From positions 1 to 60,583 of the IMG/VR virus record IMGVR_UViG_3300030451_001154: DNA of 60,583 bases, one strand, 5' to 3'. The first letter of the stretch is position 1, and each line of letters opens with the position of its first letter. The position numbers were made by a program, and so were the translations under genes. The notes under the pieces were generated by a model. It saw nothing but the letters and a program-made list of their open reading frames with translations, was not told the origin of the DNA and made no database searches. Positions 30,041-37,843 of the stretch are shown piece after piece. The DNA comes from a virus (taxonomy: Duplodnaviria; Caudoviricetes).

Positions 30041-30157
30041 TTATTTTTTTCTAACTTTTTTGTTTCCGTTGTGCGTGTAAGAAATGTACTTGTCTTTTGC
30101 GTTTGTTTTTCGTTTGTGCCTATTCGCAGCTTGTTTTGCTTTGTGCATTCGTTTCAT
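30041..30157 (-). CDS. Small basic protein (38 aa, not in ORF track)
   Basis: MKRMHKAKQAANRHKRK...; SD AAGGA. Confidence 0.45.
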   Translation of the reverse strand: MKRMHKAKQAANRHKRKTNAKDKYISYTHNGNKKVRKK

Positions 30158-30377
30158 TCTTAAGTCCTTTCGTTAATTTAATTTCTTTGATGTCGTTTTG
30201 AAAAGCTTTTATACTTTCTGCAAGTTCCATGCAAAGATCGATACCATCCAATACGCCCTGGTATCTTTGTGAGTGTGGTTTACCCACTAACTCACAATGT
30301 TCTATGTATAAATATCTGAGTCTTTCAACCTTCTGAAAAAGATTTTGTACTGATCCAGAAGGTCTACCCTTTCTCAT
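30120..30377 (-). CDS. Hypothetical protein
   Basis: ATGA-coupled ORF. Confidence 0.6.
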   Translation of the reverse strand: MRKGRPSGSVQNLFQKVERLRYLYIEHCELVGKPHSQRYQGVLDGIDLCMELAESIKAFQNDIKEIKLTKGLKNETNAQSKTSCE

Positions 30378-30589
30378 GTAGTCACCTTGTGTGGTCTCAT
30401 TGCTCTCACCTTTAGCTCATTTTCCATTTTACCGATTGTGTTTGTTACATATCTTCTTTCTTTAGATACTGGATGTGTATAAATATAAGTATCAGAGTGT
30501 GGATGATCTTCGTCCAGTTTATTTCTGTAAGTATACATACTTCTAACAAACAACTCTATTTCTTTTTGTGATATTTTAAGATGTGCCAT
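30374..30589 (-). CDS. Hypothetical protein
   Basis: SD GAGGAG. Confidence 0.6.
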   Translation of the reverse strand: MAHLKISQKEIELFVRSMYTYRNKLDEDHPHSDTYIYTHPVSKERRYVTNTIGKMENELKVRAMRPHKVTT

Positions 30590-31646
30590 TAAATTCTCCT
30601 CTCAAAGCTAGTCCTAAATACATTGCATTTTGGGGACATATTGCATTCCCCAAGCCAATTAATCGTTGTTTTCTGTCTTTGTCCAATTCTGTGGATATCC
30701 CATTAGGAACTCCGTGAAGTTGGCGTTCAACTTCCCACCATGATAATTGTTCTTCAACACTTCTCTCGGTAACGATTTGTCTCTGCTCTCTTTCCACGTT
30801 GGATTGTATGATGCGTCCTTCCAATCTCTCGCAAGTGGTGTTGGATAATTCCAGGTTTTCATTCTTGGTGGTCTTAGCGTCACTCCGTCCATCATTGCTT
30901 GAGCTTCTGCTTCCGTCATTTCTCCATTCTCCACTTTCTTTCTGAAGATCATTGTTTGTCCCTCCGAGGCATGACCGAAACCTTTGGTCGTTGGAGTTGG
31001 ATACAAACTCATTGTCATTGGATCTAACTGCTCTCTCAGATTGCTCGGTTTCTTCCGTCCCTTTCTGTGACCTTCTTGCATTTTCTTCGTTGCTTCTGCA
31101 CTCCTTGGGGGAAGATGATCCATCGTGTTCGGTGTTGCGTAAAGATTTACAGATGATCCAGAGTCTGTCCCTTTTGTGCCATGCTCCGATTGATGAAGAC
31201 GGAAATACAAATGTCCTCGTACAGTAGTCGATGCTTTCCATTTTAAAGAGAACCTCGTCCAATCCCAACGAGAGATGTCCATAAACATTTTCGTAAATGA
31301 CAAAAGAGGGTCTTGTTTGTTCAACAATTCTAAAGATGTACGGGAAGATGTGGCGAGGGTCTTCTTGCCCTCTGCGATTTCCCGCAACGCTGAACGGTTG
31401 ACACGGATATCCAGAGGTGAGGATATCTGGTTTTTTTGGAATAAATCTTTTTGGGTCATTTGCGATCTCCTTTACATCGTTAAAAATTGGTACACCTGGA
31501 AAATTCTTTTTTAATACTTTGTGACACCATTGTTCGGTATCACAAAATAAAATTGGTTTGGATAGTTTTGCACCTTCATCTAAGCCAAGTGCAAATCCTC
31601 CGATGCCACTACATAAATCAACATGAGTTTTATTTAAATGTTTCAT
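30576..31646 (-). CDS. C5 cytosine DNA methyltransferase, catalytic (alpha) subunit
   Basis: Motif I DLCSGIGG, IV GYPCQPFS, VI ENV, VIII HKRDR, X LGNAI; motif IX missing; SD AAGGAG before 31646. Confidence 0.93.
   Translation of the reverse strand: MKHLNKTHVDLCSGIGGFALGLDEGAKLSKPILFCDTEQWCHKVLKKNFPGVPIFNDVKEIANDPKRFIPKKPDILTSGYPCQPFSVAGNRRGQEDPRHIFPYIFRIVEQTRPSFVIYENVYGHLSLGLDEVLFKMESIDYCTRTFVFPSSSIGAWHKRDRLWIICKSLRNTEHDGSSSPKECRSNEENARRSQKGTEETEQSERAVRSNDNEFVSNSNDQRFRSCLGGTNNDLQKESGEWRNDGSRSSSNDGRSDAKTTKNENLELSNTTCERLEGRIIQSNVEREQRQIVTERSVEEQLSWWEVERQLHGVPNGISTELDKDRKQRLIGLGNAICPQNAMYLGLALRGEFNGTS
30659..31459 (-). CDS. C5 methyltransferase second (beta) subunit, nested in alternative frame
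   Basis: SD AAGGAG 7 nt before ATG; three Y(A/P)TP modules; motif IX LNANFTEFLMGYPQNWT. Confidence 0.85.
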   Translation of the reverse strand: MTQKDLFQKNQISSPLDIRVNRSALREIAEGKKTLATSSRTSLELLNKQDPLLSFTKMFMDISRWDWTRFSLKWKASTTVRGHLYFRLHQSEHGTKGTDSGSSVNLYATPNTMDHLPPRSAEATKKMQEGHRKGRKKPSNLREQLDPMTMSLYPTPTTKGFGHASEGQTMIFRKKVENGEMTEAEAQAMMDGVTLRPPRMKTWNYPTPLARDWKDASYNPTWKESRDKSLPREVLKNNYHGGKLNANFTEFLMGYPQNWTKTENND

Positions 31647-31902
31647 TTTGCTCCTTTTCTTCATCTATTTGTCTTGAGTACAAAGTTATTCCAAAGTCAT
31701 AACCTTCTTGATAATAGTGATGAGATTGAGTGGTATCTCTTATACCATGTATCAATCCATCAACTACACCATCTCTGAACGCCTTTAAAATTTCGTTAAC
31801 TGATAGTTGCCCTACAGAACCATGTCTATCTATAAAACAACTAGGTATTTTTTCAAAATATCCATTTGGAATATTAGTTTTAAATTTTATTTTCTTTGTC
31901 AT
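31630..31902 (-). CDS. Hypothetical protein
   Basis: Coupled ORF, YY..GY..G motif. Confidence 0.6.
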   Translation of the reverse strand: MTKKIKFKTNIPNGYFEKIPSCFIDRHGSVGQLSVNEILKAFRDGVVDGLIHGIRDTTQSHHYYQEGYDFGITLYSRQIDEEKEQNETFK

Positions 31903-32228
31903 TATTCTACCCTATCATGAATTGCGACTGCACCATAAAACTTATGCCCTAGCATTTCAGAAACTTTCTCTGAAAATCTGGAGTCTGAAGTTTCTCCGAA
32001 GTTACCACCAAACATTGGATTTTTGTCGGCTACTTCATGAGGTACAATTTTAACACTCTTGCCATATCCAAAATCTTGTAAAACAAGTTCTGCTTCTGGA
32101 TAATCTTTGCAAGGCTCGAAAGGCCCATCTACATTCGTAAGACATAAGCCTTTTATATCTCTGGACGAAACACCATTATTAGTGCAATCGCCTAAATTAT
32201 TTTTATAAATATATATTAACATTGGCAT
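31902..32228 (-). CDS. Conserved phage hypothetical protein
   Basis: DCTNNGVS...MFGGNF...SDSRF...IHDRVE. Confidence 0.7.
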   Translation of the reverse strand: MPMLIYIYKNNLGDCTNNGVSSRDIKGLCLTNVDGPFEPCKDYPEAELVLQDFGYGKSVKIVPHEVADKNPMFGGNFGETSDSRFSEKVSEMLGHKFYGAVAIHDRVE

Positions 32229-32231
32229 AGT

Positions 32232-32465
32232 TTAATCTCCTTGATGTAAGCTTCTGTTAGTTCTGTGAAAGTTATCCCAAGATTGTGTAAGTCGATCTTC
32301 TGCTTGTCTTTCTAAAATAATCGTCTTTGCAATCTCTCTCTTATATGTGCCAAGCTCTTCTTCAATATGATTTAAAGCTTGTTCGTTGGTCATTCCTTTT
32401 TCGTTGAGGCAAAGGTCAAGCTCTTGCTCGACCTCTATCATTACATTGTTTTGTAAGTTAGCCAT
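32232..32465 (-). CDS. Hypothetical protein
   Basis: SD GGAG, TAATG coupling. Confidence 0.6.
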   Translation of the reverse strand: MANLQNNVMIEVEQELDLCLNEKGMTNEQALNHIEEELGTYKREIAKTIILERQAEDRLTQSWDNFHRTNRSLHQGD

Positions 32466-32662
32466 TATTCATTCTCCTGCGAATTATATATAATCTTTTC
32501 AGTTCCGTCTTTTTGTATTTCCGTTAGAACTACATCATCATAACCTTTGTGAACCCAATTATGATAATCCATTTGTGCTCGACTAAAAGTTTTATAGTAA
32601 TCATCATTACCACCAACCCAAACTATATATCTCCAGCCATTTTTATAATCTTGCATCATCAT
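32465..32662 (-). CDS. Hypothetical protein
   Basis: YIVWVGG...GYDDV motif. Confidence 0.65.
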   Translation of the reverse strand: MMMQDYKNGWRYIVWVGGNDDYYKTFSRAQMDYHNWVHKGYDDVVLTEIQKDGTEKIIYNSQENE

Positions 32663-33090
32663 TAATTAGGTCCCCCTTTTTTTACTTTGGTTACATTGCC
32701 ATCTTTTCCAAAATAAACAATTCCTCTCCAGTCTGGAGATATTGGTTTGTTACCATACCAATCTGTGGTTCTAAATTCTTTGTGTTTATAAGGATTGTAT
32801 TTAACAAATTCTACACAACCATGATCTCCATAAAGTGTCCAATGTTGACACCATTCGCCAATAACAAAAGCGTGAACATATTTTTTTCCTTGCTCTACAA
32901 TCTTTTGTCTAGTCTTTTCATTAACTTGAAATCTGCCATTATTAACTCTGGCTATTTTTATATGACCTTTTACTCTCCAACCTTTTTCGGTTTTTACTTG
33001 AACACTCCAAAGATTCTTTGGTTTGTTCTTGTAAATTTTTACTGGAGTGTTGGTTTCAATATCTTCTGGAACTAACATTCTAGTCGTCAT
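32662..33090 (-). CDS. Conserved phage early protein
   Basis: K.VHAFV.G...YNPYK motif; SD GGAGG before 33090. Confidence 0.65.
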   Translation of the reverse strand: MTTRMLVPEDIETNTPVKIYKNKPKNLWSVQVKTEKGWRVKGHIKIARVNNGRFQVNEKTRQKIVEQGKKYVHAFVIGEWCQHWTLYGDHGCVEFVKYNPYKHKEFRTTDWYGNKPISPDWRGIVYFGKDGNVTKVKKGGPN

Positions 33091-33226
33091 CTTGTCCTCC
33101 ATATTTTTTGTTAACATATTCTGTTGTCTCGTCTTGCTCCTCCATTACTGTTTCGATCCAGTAAAGTGGAGATAAAAAAAACTTCTGGTCTTCTGAAGTA
33201 AATGGTTTATTATTTCTATAAAACAT
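33080..33226 (-). CDS. Small acidic protein (48 aa, not in ORF track)
   Basis: MFYRNNKPF...GGQDDD; SD AAGGAG; first ORF after promoter. Confidence 0.55.
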   Translation of the reverse strand: MFYRNNKPFTSEDQKFFLSPLYWIETVMEEQDETTEYVNKKYGGQDDD

Positions 33227-33251
33227 ATTTTCTCCTTTATGCTATATAATA

Positions 33252-33281
33252 ATTATTCCCATATATTACCATATAAGTCAA
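33252..33281 (-). promoter_or_regulatory. Sigma70-like promoter for - strand early block
   Basis: TTGACT-N18-AATAAT with TATGGG in spacer. Confidence 0.5.
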
Positions 33282-33288
33282 CAATAAA

Positions 33289-33711
33289 ATGAAAGAAAAA
33301 AACTTTTTTTTGAACATAAAAAAACAACTTCCAAAAGGTTGTTTTATCCAGAAAATAGAAAATAAATTTAATTCTGGTTTTCCAGATTTAATAATAATAA
33401 CTGATAAATTGCCCTTGTTTATTGAGTTAAAATCACCAATAAAAGGAAATAGGATAACTGTGGAAAAGTCCCAGATATCAATACATTTGAGAATACAAGC
33501 CAATAATTACATTTCTTTTTTCTTGGTTCGTGACCCTTTGACCTCTGATCTATTTTTATTTGACGGTGGTAAACTCTGCACTTTTATCTCTGTCCACCTC
33601 TGCACTCCGTCTCTGTCCGCCTCCCTTCCGGGTTACCTGGATCACGGTGATCTGGTGCGGGTGTTGCAAACTGCGAATCGGGAAGCACGAATCAGATCGC
33701 AAAGAAAATGA
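33289..33711 (+). CDS. VRR-NUC / Holliday junction resolvase-like nuclease
   Basis: E...IEN...G.PD...FIELK...Q. Confidence 0.75.
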   Translation: MKEKNFFLNIKKQLPKGCFIQKIENKFNSGFPDLIIITDKLPLFIELKSPIKGNRITVEKSQISIHLRIQANNYISFFLVRDPLTSDLFLFDGGKLCTFISVHLCTPSLSASLPGYLDHGDLVRVLQTANREARIRSQRK

Positions 33712-33740
33712 AATGGTCGCTCTGCGATTCTTTGCGATCT
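33694..33740. repeat. Inverted repeat 1 (13-bp arms)
   Basis: AGATCGCAAAGAA-N21-TTCTTTGCGATCT. Confidence 0.85.
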
Positions 33741-33764
33741 TTATTTACTGGGAAAAAAAACTGG

Positions 33765-33793
33765 AAAAAAATCCAGAGGCTACGCCTCTGGAT
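33765..33793 (-). terminator. Terminator-like hairpin at the end of ORF 33780-34118
   Basis: ATCCAGAGGC-GTA-GCCTCTGGAT then T-run on - strand. Confidence 0.65.
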
Positions 33794-34118
33794 CTGGGTC
33801 ATCGATGAGATGTATGTCATCTCTGTATAAAATCTTGCCTGTCTGCAAGTCGTTTGGTACATTCTTGAGCTTGACCAGGTCAACGCCACCCTTCGGCAAC
33901 AAGACCCTTTTGATAAGAACCCCATCAACATAAAAACGAAACTCTCGATCTCCGTTGGTGCGTTCTCTCATTGTGGTTGAGTGGTTCAAAAAGTGATGCG
34001 AGTTTTTGGCGGACGATCCGACATAAACCGAAACATCTCCTGTCTGCTTAACCCCGTAACTTTTTTGACCTTTGTAAATACACGCCGTGACTTTGTTCCA
34101 AATTGGATAAGATGCCAT
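33780..34118 (-). CDS. Hypothetical early protein
   Basis: SD AAGGAG, own promoter and terminator. Confidence 0.7.
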   Translation of the reverse strand: MASYPIWNKVTACIYKGQKSYGVKQTGDVSVYVGSSAKNSHHFLNHSTTMRERTNGDREFRFYVDGVLIKRVLLPKGGVDLVKLKNVPNDLQTGKILYRDDIHLIDDPDPEA

Positions 34119-34152
34119 TTTTATTTCTCCTTTGATAAATGGTTATGATTCC

Positions 34153-34180
34153 AGTATAAGAATTTCTGGGACTATGTCAA
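34153..34180 (-). promoter_or_regulatory. Sigma70-like promoter
   Basis: TTGACA-N16-TATACT. Confidence 0.7.
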
Positions 34181-34319
34181 CTGGAAAATTTAACAATGTG
34201 CAGAGTTGCAATTAATATAAAACCAATTCGAACCTTTGCAACTCTGCACATTGTTTGCTTCCCGCCTCCTTCCAGGAGCTTCTGGGCCCGGGCGTTCCGG
34301 GACGGAAGGCTCGGGAGCT

Positions 34320-34382
34320 AAGAATCGCAAGGGTCACAACTATCTAAAAAACAAACAAAACTTTGTGACCCTTGCGATTCTT
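34320..34382. repeat. Inverted repeat 2 (20-bp arms)
   Basis: AAGAATCGCAAGGGTCACAA-N23-TTGTGACCCTTGCGATTCTT. Confidence 0.92.
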
Positions 34383-34444
34383 TTTTACGGACACCGGGAC
34401 GCTGCAGCTGCCTTCGGCAGCGGGGGTTCTGGAGAAAAAAGTGG

Positions 34445-34472
34445 TTGACAGATTCTTATAAAATCTTATACT
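34445..34472 (+). promoter_or_regulatory. Sigma70-like promoter
   Basis: TTGACA-N16-TATACT. Confidence 0.7.
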
Positions 34473-34495
34473 GGAAGAAATTAAAAGGAGAAGCT

Positions 34496-34657
34496 ATGAA
34501 GCAAATACATAAAATAAATAGAAAAGGAAAACGAGCATCTTTCAAAGCGAAAGGTGTACTATTAAAATTTAAAAAAGTCAAATCTGGATTTTCTGCTCCA
34601 AGAGTAACTTGGCAGAAATTTGAGAAGTATGTAACCAAACACCAAAGGGAGGCGTAA
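34496..34657 (+). CDS. Small basic early protein
   Basis: SD AAGGAG before ATG 34496. Confidence 0.6.
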   Translation: MKQIHKINRKGKRASFKAKGVLLKFKKVKSGFSAPRVTWQKFEKYVTKHQREA

Positions 34658-34864
34658 ATGCAATGTGTTATATGTAAAGGCGAAATAGAAAAGCAGTACA
34701 CCGAAGAGGGCGTAATGTTTTGGGATCAAGGAAACAATGCACAACCAATTGATGATGGGCGTTGTTGTAATGATTGCAACCGAAAGGTTGTGATTCCAGC
34801 ACGAATGGCAGAGATCAAGTTAGCTCAAGTCATGAAACATCATAAGCCTAAGTCTGGTTCGTAA
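34658..34864 (+). CDS. Small zinc-binding protein
   Basis: CVIC...GNNAQP...GRCC..CN...V.PAR; SD GGAGG. Confidence 0.75.
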   Translation: MQCVICKGEIEKQYTEEGVMFWDQGNNAQPIDDGRCCNDCNRKVVIPARMAEIKLAQVMKHHKPKSGS

Positions 34865-34882
34865 CCGAACCAGACATCTCTG

Positions 34883-34950
34883 AAAAAAGAATCGCAGATC
34901 GCAATTAATTAATCACAACAACTGATCCTTGCGATCTGCGATTCTTTTTT
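34883..34950. repeat. Inverted repeat 3 (22-bp arms)
   Basis: AAAAAAGAATCGCAGATCGCAA-N24-TTGCGATCTGCGATTCTTTTTT. Confidence 0.92.
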
Positions 34951-35055
34951 GCAGACCGCCTCCAGACCCAGGTACCGGGGCCCAGCAACCAGGGTGCGGA
35001 GAGATTGTAACCGATTTAGCTAAACAAAAAAAGTTTAAAATAATTAATTTTTTAT

Positions 35056-35084
35056 TTGACTATAAGATAATATGGGATTATATT
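35056..35084 (+). promoter_or_regulatory. Sigma70-like promoter
   Basis: TTGACT-N17-TATATT, A/T tracts upstream. Confidence 0.7.
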
Positions 35085-35118
35085 GAATTGTGATTAATTA
35101 AATGAAAGGATTCTAATC

Positions 35119-35337
35119 ATGCCAAATAAAACTTTAAAAGATTATTTTAAACTTAACGACAGATATATGGAATATCAATCAAAGCATTTTGTTACGATTG
35201 GTAAACTCATTTTAATCAACGAGCAAATAAAGTCTCTTCTTATTAAACGAGATGAGCTTGAGAAGGTCGAGAAGGTCTTGAAGGAAAAATGCAAGACAGA
35301 ACCTATGTTTGCTCAAGATAAGACTGACGAGTCTTAA
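35119..35337 (+). CDS. Small coiled-coil early protein
   Basis: SD AAAGGA, follows promoter. Confidence 0.6.
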   Translation: MPNKTLKDYFKLNDRYMEYQSKHFVTIGKLILINEQIKSLLIKRDELEKVEKVLKEKCKTEPMFAQDKTDES

Positions 35338-35354
35338 AACGCCATTAAACATGG

Positions 35355-35445
35355 TGTCAATAACTTGACACCATGTCAAATAATTGACTGTCAAAAGATT
35401 GACAAGTGTCAATCTTTTGACGCTCTGTGTGTCAAAAAAATGACA
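35355..35445. repeat. Array of five TGTCAA-N4-TTGACA palindromic boxes
   Basis: Boxes start at 35355, 35374, 35389, 35407, 35430. Confidence 0.88.
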
Positions 35446-35451
35446 TGCCTA

Positions 35452-35531
35452 AAAATGAATTGAGAAACGCAAATGAATATAACGTGAGCGAAGCGAACAC
35501 AGAAAAAGCATTGCGTTTCTCAATTCATTTT
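35452..35531. repeat. Inverted repeat 4 (21-bp arms)
   Basis: AAAATGAATTGAGAAACGCAA-N38-TTGCGTTTCTCAATTCATTTT. Confidence 0.92.
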
Positions 35532-35682
35532 ACCCCCACCCCCACGAGGGTTACTTACACATAAACAGAATGAATATGAAAAAACAAAAAGGGGGGAGGG
35601 GTAAATTATGGGGTACGGTGTTACTGTTGCAACCTATATATGCTTGATTGATAAATTTATTCAAATATATTATTGTTGGGAT

Positions 35683-35760
35683 ATGGATGATAAAGAATGG
35701 ATATATCTTGTAATAGGAATATGGGGTTACTCGTTCCTTGCAGGATTTTACTTTGGTTAG
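35683..35760 (+). CDS. Putative 25-aa membrane peptide upstream of TerL
   Basis: MDDKEWIYLVIGIWGYSFLAGFYFG; stop abuts TerL ATG. Confidence 0.4.
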   Translation: MDDKEWIYLVIGIWGYSFLAGFYFG

Positions 35761-37239
35761 ATGAACTTAGATACACTTCCTAAAGAGGTGTTACATGAAC
35801 TGTTTCTGCTTGAACAACAGAAAAAGAAATTGGACACTCGTGAAAGAGCACAAAAAGATTTTTTGGCTTACGCTCTTCATGTGTATGAAAATTTTATTGT
35901 TGGGCGACATCACAAGATTATTGCAAAGAGACTTGAAGCGATAGCCGAGGGTAACTTAAAACGTCTCATTATCAATATGCCACCTCGACACTCAAAGTCA
36001 GAACTTGCTTCGTATCTCATGCCTTCGTGGTTCCTGGGTCGTAATCCAAAATTAAAAATCATACAGGCTACCATGAACACGGAACTTGCGGTAAGATTCG
36101 GTAGAAAGGTTCGTGATCTTATAGCCGATCCCATCTACGGTGAAATTTTTCCCAACACGGACTTGAAACAGGATAGCCAAGCAGCTGGAAGATGGGAAAC
36201 CAGTGTTGGTGGGGAATACTTTGCAGCTGGGGTGGGTGCAGCAATGACTGGTCGTGGTGCAGATCTTTTAATCATAGATGATCCGCACTCGGAACAAGAT
36301 GCACTGTCCACGGTTGCTTATGACAATACTTACGAGTGGTATACATCTGGCCCAAGACAAAGATTACAACCTGGGGGAACCATCATCATTGTGCAAACAA
36401 GATGGTCAAAGAAAGATCTAACTGGTCGTTTAATTAATGCAATGGCAAAAGATACTATGGCAGATCAATGGGAGATTATTGAGTTCCCAGCCATACTACC
36501 AAACGATAAAATCTTGTGGCCCGAATTTTGGAACAAGGACGAGTTACTAAAAGTTAAAGCGTCACTGGCTCCCATGAAATGGAATGCACAATGGCAACAG
36601 AATCCAACATCAGAAGAAACTGCCATGATCAAAAGAGAGTGGTGGCAACCGTGGGAAGAGGATGAAGTTCCAAAGTTAGATTATATAATTCAAAGTTACG
36701 ATACTGCTTATTCTAAAAAAGAGACTGCTGACTATTCTGCCATTACAACTTGGGGTGTGTTTGAACCAAAAGCGAATGGAGAGCAACATTTAATTATGCT
36801 TGACGCTAAGAAAGGGCGTTGGAATTTTCCAGAATTAAAAGAAATAGCGTTAGAAGAAAACGAATATTGGGAACCAGACATGATGCTCATTGAAGCAAAA
36901 GCAAGTGGACAACCTTTGGCTGATGAACTAAGATTGCAAAATCTACCAGTTTTGACATTTAGTCCTGGCAGACGCAAAGGGGGTAACTTGGACAAAACGA
37001 CAAGGATGCACATTGTATCACCTATTTTCGAAGGAGGTAAAGTATGGTATCCTAGTGGAGAGAAGTTTGCAGAAGATGTAATAGAAGAAGTTGCATCTTT
37101 TCCAAATGGAGATCATGATGACTATTGTGATAGTATGACAATGGCTCTCATGAGATTTAGACAAGGTGGTTTTATATCACTACAAGGTGAAGACGAAGGG
37201 GAAGATTGGTTTCCCCGAACAAGAAGGGAATATTACTAA
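35761..37239 (+). CDS. terL: Terminase large subunit
   Basis: NMPPRHSKS, LIIDDP, QQNP, YDTA, HDDYCD. Confidence 0.95.
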   Translation: MNLDTLPKEVLHELFLLEQQKKKLDTRERAQKDFLAYALHVYENFIVGRHHKIIAKRLEAIAEGNLKRLIINMPPRHSKSELASYLMPSWFLGRNPKLKIIQATMNTELAVRFGRKVRDLIADPIYGEIFPNTDLKQDSQAAGRWETSVGGEYFAAGVGAAMTGRGADLLIIDDPHSEQDALSTVAYDNTYEWYTSGPRQRLQPGGTIIIVQTRWSKKDLTGRLINAMAKDTMADQWEIIEFPAILPNDKILWPEFWNKDELLKVKASLAPMKWNAQWQQNPTSEETAMIKREWWQPWEEDEVPKLDYIIQSYDTAYSKKETADYSAITTWGVFEPKANGEQHLIMLDAKKGRWNFPELKEIALEENEYWEPDMMLIEAKASGQPLADELRLQNLPVLTFSPGRRKGGNLDKTTRMHIVSPIFEGGKVWYPSGEKFAEDVIEEVASFPNGDHDDYCDSMTMALMRFRQGGFISLQGEDEGEDWFPRTRREYY

Positions 37240-37448
37240 TGCCAAAGAAACTTAAAAGAGGATCCGACATAATGGATTTTGACAGTATGTTAAATTCACA
37301 GCTCGGTAAAATGATGGGTCTTACAGAAAAAGATAGATCAAAATTCGAAAAAAGAAAAAAGATGAAGCCTAAAGTCAAAAAGCCAAAGAAGATGAACATG
37401 GGTGGTGTCATGAAAAATCGTGGTGGTACGTTTAAAGGAACTTACTAA
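37239..37448 (+). CDS. Small basic protein
   Basis: TAATG coupling; MNMGG and FKGTY C-terminus. Confidence 0.65.
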   Translation: MPKKLKRGSDIMDFDSMLNSQLGKMMGLTEKDRSKFEKRKKMKPKVKKPKKMNMGGVMKNRGGTFKGTY

Positions 37449-37843
37449 TGGCTGGCAGACCAAAAGGACAAAAGGCTAAAGTAACTAGGCAAAAAGTAAA
37501 AATTGATCCATTTGGCTTTGACAAAGTTATGAAGGAGTTCATGGCAAGACCCAAAGAGCAAAGAAAATTAGATAAGAAAGAAGTTCAACCTAGACCTACT
37601 CAAGGGCCGCCTCCTCCACCAAAGAAAAAGGGTAGACCAAAAGGTGCTAAAAATAAAACAAAGCCACCTAGAAGAATTGTAATGCCTACTGGTAGAGACA
37701 TGGATGAAGCTATTATAAAAATACAACAACAATTTTTGGTGGACAAAAAGAAACTTAAAAAGAAAACTGGTGGGTATACCGTGACAAACCGTTACTCAGA
37801 CATTATGCTACCAGAAAAGAAAAGAACAACGAGAATTACTTAA
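37448..37843 (+). CDS. Basic protein with KGRPKG AT-hook-like motifs
   Basis: GRPKG twice; Lys-rich. Confidence 0.6.
   Translation: MAGRPKGQKAKVTRQKVKIDPFGFDKVMKEFMARPKEQRKLDKKEVQPRPTQGPPPPPKKKGRPKGAKNKTKPPRRIVMPTGRDMDEAIIKIQQQFLVDKKKLKKKTGGYTVTNRYSDIMLPEKKRTTRIT

Noticed and set aside
31459-31468. AGATCGCAAA at the MTase beta start matching the hairpin 1 arm
   Set aside because: A single 10-nt match in 60 kb is compatible with chance.
34236-34448. 70-aa ORF across hairpin 2
   Set aside because: TTG start without SD; open only because of local GC-rich structured DNA.
33694-35531. CRISPR array or integron
   Set aside because: No constant repeat-spacer period, no cas genes, no tyrosine recombinase, and no attC RYYYAAC/GTTRRRY ends.
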